Source: Amoebidium appalachense
Taxonomy: Eukaryota; Protista; Ichthyosporea
DNA length: 64,000 nucleotides
Assembly (NCBI GenBank): GCA_963693365.1
Contig: CAVNZM010000004.1
Span: 4,714,564-4,778,563 of the forward strand
Direction of reading: 5' to 3'
Shown: piece by piece, positions 46,331 through 64,000 of the stretch
How positions within the stretch are numbered: the first letter of the stretch is position 1
How the letters are laid out: every line of letters begins with the position of its first letter
Made by a program: the position numbers and the translations under genes
Notes under the pieces: generated by a model
What the model was told of the DNA's origin: nothing
Databases searched by the model: none
Seen by the model: the letters and a program-made list of their open reading frames with translations, nothing else

Positions 46331-46385
46331 ACACCGCCTTCCAAAAATGCCCTCCCTTTACCCACCCGGCCAGGTCCTTCTTTTT

Positions 46386-47051
<666 letters not shown>

Positions 47052-47524
47052 CCTCCGATGGGCTTCCTTGAGGTCTCTATCTCTCTCTTTCTTCCCCCCT
47101 CCCCCCCCTCCCCCCCTTGTGGCTCGCTCTTACTCCCCCCTCCCCCCTCCTCCCTCCCCCGCCCCAGTCGTGTACGGTGTGACTAATGCACACGGTTGAG
47201 ATCAATCCTCGTCCTGTGAGCCAATGAGAACGAAGTATTCCGAACCATGTAAGGGTGGGCCAGGCCCAGCAGTATAATCGTCACTCGTGAGCTGGCCTCA
47301 GATCAGACCGTTAACTTGACAATGAGGCTGTGCAAGAGTCCATAGGTCTTTGAAACATTTTACTTAGCCGTCTGATGGGTTACAAGTCGAATCAAACACT
47401 CGCGTTTGCTATGAACATGCAAACAGCACATGTAACACTGTCAACAATTTGCCTATCAAAATAAATAACACCACCGCCAGATCTAAAATACAGAGTGCAC
47501 GTCGGCTGTGTGACTTGTGGGCCG

Positions 47525-48370
47525 GGGCCCCATGCATGTGAGCAGAAAGAGCTTGCTGCGAGGGGAATTATAATTATTCATGCAAAGAACAAAAGCATTC
47601 TGCAAAGGGCAGAATATTGCTGTTGACGGTAGCAGAATCCTTTTTATTCTGGTTCTACAGAAGTATTATGCACACACAGGATTATTCAGCAAAAGCAAAT
47701 TTGAAGTTACTACTGCAAAAGAAGGATCTTTTTGCAAACAGTATGCTATTCTGTGCAAACAGTAAGTTATATTCTGTGCAAAAGTAAGTTATTCTGTGCA
47801 AAAGGAAATTAATATTACTGCTGTGCAAAAGCAAGTCATTCTGTGCAAAACTTAAATTCTGTGCTGAGCAAAATGATTCTGCTGATATGCTTGGGTCCTA
47901 TGAGGGGCCAACCACATCAACAGAATGAACGTGCTGCAAGCTGACACATTTTCCTTAAGAAACTACAACGGCAGCATTATTTTACCTTCAGCAGAAATAT
48001 TCAGCGAAAGCAGGCCTATTTTGCACATGCAGAGCTGTTCTACTTTCAGTACATAAGCGAATTTCTGCTGCTGAGAACGAATATTTTTAGTAGAGGGCAT
48101 ACAATTCTGCTTGGGGCATAATTATTCTGCTAAAATAAGAATATTAATTAATGTTGCAGTCATTCTCAGAAACTTCAGCAGTGGTCTTCACAAGATGAAC
48201 TTCATAATCACGTCAGGCTGAGCACACACACGGCCAAATTATTTTACCATGGCAGATCAAATCAGCAACGTGCAAATTCCTTACAACAACGCAGAATCAT
48301 TCTGCCAACAGCAAATTTGTTTTGTGCTGACAGAGCAGCATTATTATGCCGATGCGGTTGGGTCCTCATA
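47525..48370. mobile_element. Two abutting, related foldback/MITE-like elements (~47525-47898 and 47899-48370)
   Basis: Element 2: TATGAGGGGCCAACCACATC versus the reverse complement of GATGCGGTTGGGTCCTCATA. Element 1: GGCCCCATGCATGTGAGCAGAA versus the reverse complement of TTCTGCTGATATGCTTGGGTCC. The interiors carry many GCAGAA/TTCTG(T)GC motifs. Confidence 0.6.
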
Positions 48371-49295
48371 ATGCACATATAGGTAAATAGTAACAGTAGT
48401 ACCCTTTGAGAATTTAATCACACAGTGATGCAACATAGCATCCACTCATGAGAAGGAAGACACTTGCCAACATTGCACTAAATGTTCGATTACATTGTTA
48501 CATTGTAGCTTACGGTACCTGCACAAGGGCGGAATGCCTAAAATATATTTACTAATATTATCTTTGCATCATACCGTGTTAGTGTTAAACATTACATGGC
48601 AATGCCATTTACAATAAGCTAAATATTGTGCCTTATAGCTACATGTAGAACAATTGAAAATGAAGATTTCATAGAACCACTACTCACGTTGATCTCACAA
48701 TCCCCCCCCCCCCCCCCCCCCCCCCCCACAGACACACACACACACACACACACACCCACCCACCCAACCCCCCCCCCCTCCTTCCCCCGGGAACCTTCCT
48801 GCCCCATCCCCCACTCTATACTAAATGGCTTCTCACCAAGCAGAGCTCTATCCCTCGAATAACAACGTCTTAGACAATCAATATGGTGGTATCCAACAAA
48901 CATGGCAATACCAATCAATAAAATACAACCTATGGCATATATATTGATAGCTTCCTTGCTTCTATCGGTTACACAAGGCTTTCACTTAGCACTGTTCCAA
49001 ACGCCTTCTACCTAAGCCTACCACCACCCCCACCCCACTGGCACATCCCCCCGAAAACACCCCTCTCTCTCTTCTCAGCACCCTTCTCTTTTCTTTCACG
49101 CCGGTTCCCTCCTTCCTCCCTCCTTCCTCCAAACCCCCCCCCTCCCCCCCCCCCCCCTCCCCCCGAATCGTCATTTCGATCTCTTGCCTAGCACTAATTA
49201 ACCTCGTTTCCGTCCCCATCGATATCGATACCGGATTAATCTCACAGGGTCCTTAATAAACATTTCACCGACATCAATAGTATAAATGAAACATG

Positions 49296-50965
49296 TCAGA
49301 TATCCATGTCCCCCCACATCTTCCTCCTCAGCAGATCGGACCAATCGGTAGTCTCCATCACGACGATATCGTCCCGATTACACACCGATCCGATCGCGTA
49401 ATGCCAGTGCAGCCTTGCACCATTAACCCTACTTACAACCTTGATCCCCTCATCGTGTAATCCTTCCGGTGGTAACATTTGCATCACTCTGCGCACGAGG
49501 TCGGCAATGGTTTCGAGTTCGTGGCAGGTAACAACTAGGAGGACATCACCGTAGACTACCTGTATGCGTTTGAAGACCGGGGGGGAGGGCCCGGGGGCGG
49601 GGGGGGAGGGGGGGGAGAAGGAGGGGGTGGGGGGAGGAGTAGGGAGAGGGGGGGGGAGGGGGGGCGCGGGGGGAGGGGGGGGCGCCGGGTGGGTGGGGGG
49701 GAGGGGGGGGGAGGTGCGCAGGGGAGGGGGGGGGGGGAGATGCGCGGGGGGGGGGGGGGGGGTAGGGGTGCAAGAAAGAGGGAGGGAGAAGGTGGAGGTG
49801 GGTTAGTGGAGACTCCGAAGGCCTGCTTAGAAGCCGGAACGTATTACGGGGTTTGGAGGGATTGGAGGGGGGGAAGGGGGGGGGGGGGGAGGGTGGAGGT
49901 GAGAGGGGCATATGCTTGGGTAGTGATGGAAGATGTGCAGCAAACAACCGTTAACCGTACGAACAGATTATTTCTACCGTAAACAGAAAACCCCATTGAG
50001 GTTCCTTTCCCAAAGCTCTGAACTTATTAGTCACTCTCCTTTGTCATCCCCCCCCCCCCCCCCCCCCACCCTTATCTCCCTCTTCACACCCCCACTCCTC
50101 TCCCCTCCCCCGTTTCCCCTACTTTGGTAGACTCAGCACCTCCCCAAACACCCACACGTTCCCCCCCCCCCCCCCCCCCCTCCTCTCCCCCCCACACTCA
50201 CCCCCCACCCACCCCCTTTCCCCAACCCCAGCAACACCCACACACGAACCCACCTTTTCTTCACCATAGACTCCCCCGAAACCCCCCCCCCCCCCCCCAC
50301 TCCCTCTTCCGCCTATCCCCACCCTTTCTTATCTGTCACACAGACGCACCTGTAGGCGCAGTGGCTGGTGACGGAACATTGCTGTCAACCTCTTGCCCCC
50401 GTACACACCATTGAGCCGGGCAAACGTGGGGCTGATGTTGCTCCGACCACTCCTAGGACTGCTTGGATTGCTCATGTCCCGCCTGTGTGCATGTGTGTTT
50501 GTATATGTGTTTGTGTGTGTGCGTTTGTATATGTGTTTGTGTGTGTGCGTTTGTATATGTGTTTGTGTGTGCGCGTTTGTATATGTGTTTGTGTGTGTGT
50601 TTGTATATGTGTTTGTGTGTGTGCGTTTGTATATGTGTTTGTGTGTGTGCGTTTGTACATGTGTTTGTGTGTGTGCGTTTATATATGTGTTTGTGTGTGT
50701 GCGTTTGTATATGTGTTTGTGTGTGTGTTTGTATATGTGTTTGTGTGTGTGCGTTTGTATATGTGTTTGTGTGTGTGCGTTTGTATATGTGTTTGTGTGT
50801 GTGCGTTTGTATATGTGTTTGTGTGTGTGTGTTTGTAGATGTGTTTGCGTGTGTGTTTGTATATGTGTTTGCGTGTGCGCGTTTGTATATGTGTTTGCGT
50901 GTGCGCGTTTGTATATGTGTTTGTGTGTGCGTTTGTATTTGTGTTTGTGTGTGTGCGTTTGTATA

Positions 50966-51021
<56 letters not shown>

Positions 51022-52294
51022 GGGGGGGGGGGCTTTGCCACGGCATGTGTGCGTGTGTGCGTGGGTGCGTGCTCGTGTGTGTGCTTGTGTGTGCTGCTGT
51101 GCGCCTATGTCCGAGAACAGTCAGTGTATGTGCACGTGTATGTGTGTGTGCGTGTGTGCGCTTGCGCATGTGCATAGGATTGTATAGCGGGCATGTGTGC
51201 TACAGAGTGTGTGTGAGAGTGTAAAGGGAGACATTAGTGTGTATGGGTGTGGAGTTCATGTGTTCATACGAGTATAAAACTGTTGGGCCTATCTGACGAT
51301 CTAATATATTGCTAAGCCTTCCGCTTCTGATTTGCAGCCCGCCCCCATCATCCCCACATGTAATCGTCCATCCTCCTTCGGACGATCCGCCCCCTCTTCC
51401 CCCCCCTCCCTCCGCATCTCTTTTTATGCCTGCCCCGTCCCCTTCTACCTTCCTCCCCTCCATCCCCCCTCCCTCCCCCCCGGTGCCCTAATTCTACTAG
51501 TGTTTTTTCTTGATTTCTTGGCAATAAATGAACAAACTTCGCTATATCTAACCTAGCATGCGGTGGTGACCATATTCTTTTTATAACTTTTTTTTAAAAA
51601 GAAAGAAAAAACGGAAGCAACATACCGCGCAAAGAATCGCTCGGTATGCGGAGAAGCATCCGGCGAATCGGGGACCGTGCCATACAGTCCATCTGATTGG
51701 TCGAAAAATATCGTCTTTCGATTGGTTGCGGTCGCTGATGACGGGGCACTGTGTGCATAGTCTGCCGAGTGGCTGTACAAAGGAGAAAGCAGCGGCAGGG
51801 GGGAGACTCTGTTCTTGAGTCCTTCCTTGATCTTTTGGAGCTGCCGGACAAATCCGGATTCTTTCCGTGGCCTTATTTATTTTATTTGATTTTTTTTGGT
51901 GGGGGGGGGGGGGGGGGGGAGTGGAAGGGGGTGGGGGCGGGGGAGGGGGTGGGGCGGGGGAGGAGGGAGGGAGGGGGGTGGTTGGGTTGGAAACGAGGTG
52001 TGTGTGTGTGTGTGAGAGGGGGGGGGGGGAGGGGGTTGGATGGGGGGAGGTTAGTGTTACCGAGATAGCCAAAAAAGGAATATGCAATGGTAAACCGCCG
52101 TCTGTGCGTTTTTTTTTTTTCCAGGTCAATTCTTTGGATAGTCTCAGCTTCAATGCCTGATACAAGCTTCTACTGGCAATCGATACACCACGATTATTTA
52201 TGTTGTGCTGTTTCAATATACTGTCGTTGGTGTTGGCAGTAGAGGGACAGGAAAGTGCGCGCGTGTTCTTGTATGTGTTCTTTATGTGTGTGTT

Positions 52295-52351
<57 letters not shown>

Positions 52352-53291
52352 TGTGTGCGTGTGTGTGTGTGTGTGTGCATGCGTGTGTGGGTGGCGGGGG
52401 GGAGGGGGAGGGAGAGGGAGGGTGTTGATTGATTTGCGGAAGAAGAACAAAGCTAAAATGTCTGTAATAGAAACAGAAGGGGAAAGGTGGGTACACTGGT
52501 GTGAATTATGTATAACATCGTGTTCCATGGGCACCATAAACCCGTAATACATCTGCATCACCGTGTGCCGCTGTGTGTCACACTACCCCCTCTTAATACC
52601 CGCACATGAGTGCCTGCACAGTGTGTTGTAGGTGTTCCCCCCCCCCCCCCCCCCCTTCCGCCCGTGAAGTGTGTGCATGTATTTTATCACTAAGCATGCT
52701 TGTGTGTGTGAATCGCAGGTGTTTTCTCCCGTGTATAGTGTGTGCGTATACTTTATTATTAAGCATGCTTCTGTGTGTGAATCGAGTTTGTGTGGCGTGT
52801 GGATGTGTCTATCTATGCACCTACTTTTCACAGTCGCCAGCACCCTTTGCACTCGAAGCAGATGCGTCGCTGGGTCTCGGTAAAGAGCACGGAGTCACCG
52901 TACCAGACTCCAAAGACCCAATACTCTCCTGTGACGTTTCCGATTTTAACGAAGTCTTTTCCATTGATAACCTTACGGACTCGCACGACCGTATAGTGCG
53001 CAAAACACCGACCCGCGGGGTATTAGGGGCAGAGTGTATCTCTGCGGTATCCATTATTATTTTTCTAGGTGTGTTATTATGCTCCACGAATGATAGAGAC
53101 GTTACATGTCTCCTCTGTGGTGTGTTTGGCATGTTGGAAGGGAGTCGTTTCCCCAACCCAAAGTCTCGCGAACGCATCATCGGGGGCGGAGGTACTTCTG
53201 ACGTTTCGGAAGTGGCCCCAAGTCTGCGCTTGGCCGCCGCACTGGTGTCCGGCGGGAGCCTGGCCAGCGGTAAGGGCCTCTGCTCCCTCAT
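49296..53291 (-). CDS. Hypothetical protein (~411 aa): Ser/Pro-rich disordered N-terminus and C-terminal ubiquitin-like (beta-grasp) domain; exons 53291-52825, 52220-52096, 51871-51626, 50482-50350, 49559-49296
   Basis: GT-AG junctions with matching phases (2,1,2,0). The C-terminus [34 protein letters not shown]...[24 protein letters not shown] has beta-grasp periodicity. One base is missing in the run at 51798-51803. Confidence 0.7.
50497..50975. repeat. Intronic minisatellite, ~22-26 bp unit GTTTGTATATGTGTTTGTGTGTGTGC
   Basis: About 19 tandem copies directly adjoining the minus-strand acceptor at 50483. Confidence 0.93.
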
Positions 53292-54457
53292 TTTTGTTTC
53301 TTTTGGTGTTATGTTCTTGTGCTGTTGTTTTCTTTTTTCCCGCTAGGCTGGTATTTTCTTTGTGGAGTTTCAATGCAGATGCAACATGGTTTTCGGCATC
53401 TGATTCAATAATGGCCTAGCTGGTGGATCTACATAATCGTGTTTAGATTCGAGTTGCAGAGAAGAGAATAAACATGCCGAAACTTATTAGTTTATCTGCT
53501 AAGACCGCTGTTTATGTGTTATTACCTGTACAGAATACAATGCTCGCTGTTTTTCATTACATGGATCGATGATTGACACTGCCCCCAACACCATCATGGC
53601 CATAGGACCATGTTACCGCCTGGTTCGAAATGGCACAATGATTCTTCAGCAGTCAGAAACAGTAACAGAACATATGGTATATGTGTATGCTGCTATGTAA
53701 ATGTAAGAGCTTAGGAGTGTTTATATAAACCTCTGAAGCACGTGAAAGTACGAAGGTAACGTTGGAACTCACAGCTACAGTCGACTTTCCGGCTCAGCTT
53801 GAGTCAGAGGCGGGCAACTGCGAACGGTTACGTTAGCGTTGAACGGAAAGGGAGGTGACTGACTTTTTGCGTTTAAAATGTTTAATTTTGGGCACCGCTT
53901 TAGGCTGGCTGCTCAGGCCACACTGTGTTCGTCGGATCAGTATAAGAGAAAACATCGCCACAATAGGTTCATAGAGGATAGGCTTTTGGGTTAGAGTTTC
54001 ATAATATTTACTTTTTGCTTGTTCTCCCTACGATTTCCCCTGCTTTTGCTTTGTGTTTTCCGTCTGTGGCTTACACACTCTTACAGCCCGGTCGTTTGCC
54101 ATATTAACCCCTTACTATCTAATCAAAATAATGTCTTAGAACAAAAAGAATCACAAAAGTAGCCGTATATTCAAGCTGCAAACTATTGGCCGAAATAAAC
54201 TTTTTCCTGAATTCTATTGGTGTGCTTGATTTTTGCGCAGCCTGAACGAGAATTTTCCTCGTTAGTGTCTGAAGGACGCTATGAAATGTTCACGATCGGG
54301 CTCCTGTGAAACCATGCTTACTTGAGGTTGGTAACTGTTCACGGAGTGGACCGTTTAAGGACCAAAGGAACAAAGAAGCCAAGTTTTTATGGGTTAGAGT
54401 GTGCAGTACACGAACCTAATTGTAGATATGTTCATGATATTGATAGTTGAAAAAGCA

Positions 54458-54518
54458 TCAACCCTCGAAAGTATCGTCGTATCCGGAATTCCGGATACGA
54501 TTATATCCGAAGGGGTGA
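54458..54518. repeat. Short palindromic element with a perfect 24-bp core
   Basis: TCGTATCCGGAATTCCGGATACGA at 54477-54500, flanked by imperfect inverted arms TCAACCCTCG / CGAAGGGGTGA. Confidence 0.8.
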
Positions 54519-54912
54519 AGCGCTTCGTTTCTGTGCGGCGTTGGAAAGCCTACACGGTAAACTTCAGTTCAAACTTTATGACCAACTTAGGCCTAGGGTG
54601 AAGGAAGAATTATATATTCTATATTATAGTCAAGAAGGTTCTATAACCATAAATATACGCTTTAACACCAGGAGTGACTCACTAAGAGACCCGAGACGCA
54701 GTGCTTTCAAGTTTTAGTAGTTGGTCTAGTTACAGGTGCCTAGAGAGCTAGTAATAGTAATTATAGGTCGGATTCAGGTTTAACCAAAAGCTACATCATT
54801 AGGACGCCAGGCTTTACGGTTAGCAGTTACACCCGAAAGAGAACGGGAAGGTTGGGATACCTGTGCTTTAGCACGTTTGTTTAGCCAAGGTGATCCACAT
54901 TAAGGCCCATCC

Positions 54913-63633
<8,721 letters not shown>

Positions 63634-63647
63634 GTATGATGCTGTTA

Positions 63648-63683
<36 letters not shown>

Positions 63684-63789
63684 TACTGTGCGCATGGCTG
63701 ATGTTGCATACTTGAATGTTTGCCTTTGCATGTGTCCTGCACCATGCTTCTCGTCGTGTATGCGTACTTAGTACCGTGTTCCGCATTCA

Positions 63790-63830
<41 letters not shown>

Positions 63831-63936
63831 AGAATGGGCTCTGGTTATTATGCATACTCGTTATGTGTGGTTTGCACACTGCATTGTAGTATTCCGGTGT
63901 GACAGTGTACTTCGTACTCTATGGCGCAGTTCAATT
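63684..63936 (+). repeat. Two adjacent copies of the intronic element (B at 63684-63791, A at 63830-63936) separated by poly-C
   Basis: Both match the earlier copies, and each is bracketed by C runs. Confidence 0.8.
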
Positions 63937-64000
63937 CCTCCCCCCTCCCCTCCTCCCCTCCCCCTCCCCCCCTACACATACACACACATGAATCCCCCCG

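Noticed and set aside
52497-52570. Extra exon ([11 protein letters not shown]...) in the minus-strand gene, which would imply TAG readthrough at 52821-52823
   Set aside because: Exon 1 splices in phase from AA|GTAGGT directly to the 52220 acceptor, so no recoding is needed. TAA, TAG and TGA all serve as stops in other genes here.

Overview
Eukaryotic nuclear DNA. It is intron-rich, and the introns are packed with poly-C/poly-G, (CA)n/(GT)n and (CT)n tracts. The gene content (an animal-like GFOD next to a fungal Pin4/Cip2-like RRM-R3H protein) suggests a unicellular opisthokont, possibly a holozoan; this is inference. By reading GT/GC-AG junctions by hand I reconstructed these genes: the 3' part of a DGAT2/MOGAT acyltransferase (+), an intronless secreted protein resembling a free bacterial-type reprolysin prodomain (+), a Q-rich orphan protein (+), a 15-exon RRM-R3H-SUZ-C-PAM2 RNA-binding protein (+), a 5-exon protein with a C-terminal ubiquitin-like domain (-), and a GFOD1/2-like Gfo/Idh/MocA oxidoreductase (+, runs off the window). 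The GFOD gene has a GC-AG intron and an intronic tRNA-Pro(CGG). Non-genic features are a 7.2 kb inverted-repeat-bounded element carrying a Cys/His + 11-aa-repeat ORF, a PIF/Harbinger-type MITE with a TAA TSD, further MITE-like foldbacks, several minisatellites, a decayed mucin-like membrane protein gene and a recurrent ~100 bp poly-C-flanked intronic element. Several single-base frameshifts sit in 6-7 nt G/C runs and are probably long-read errors. Most ORFs in the supplied track are microsatellite artefacts. No prokaryotic-type system (CRISPR, operon) is supported.
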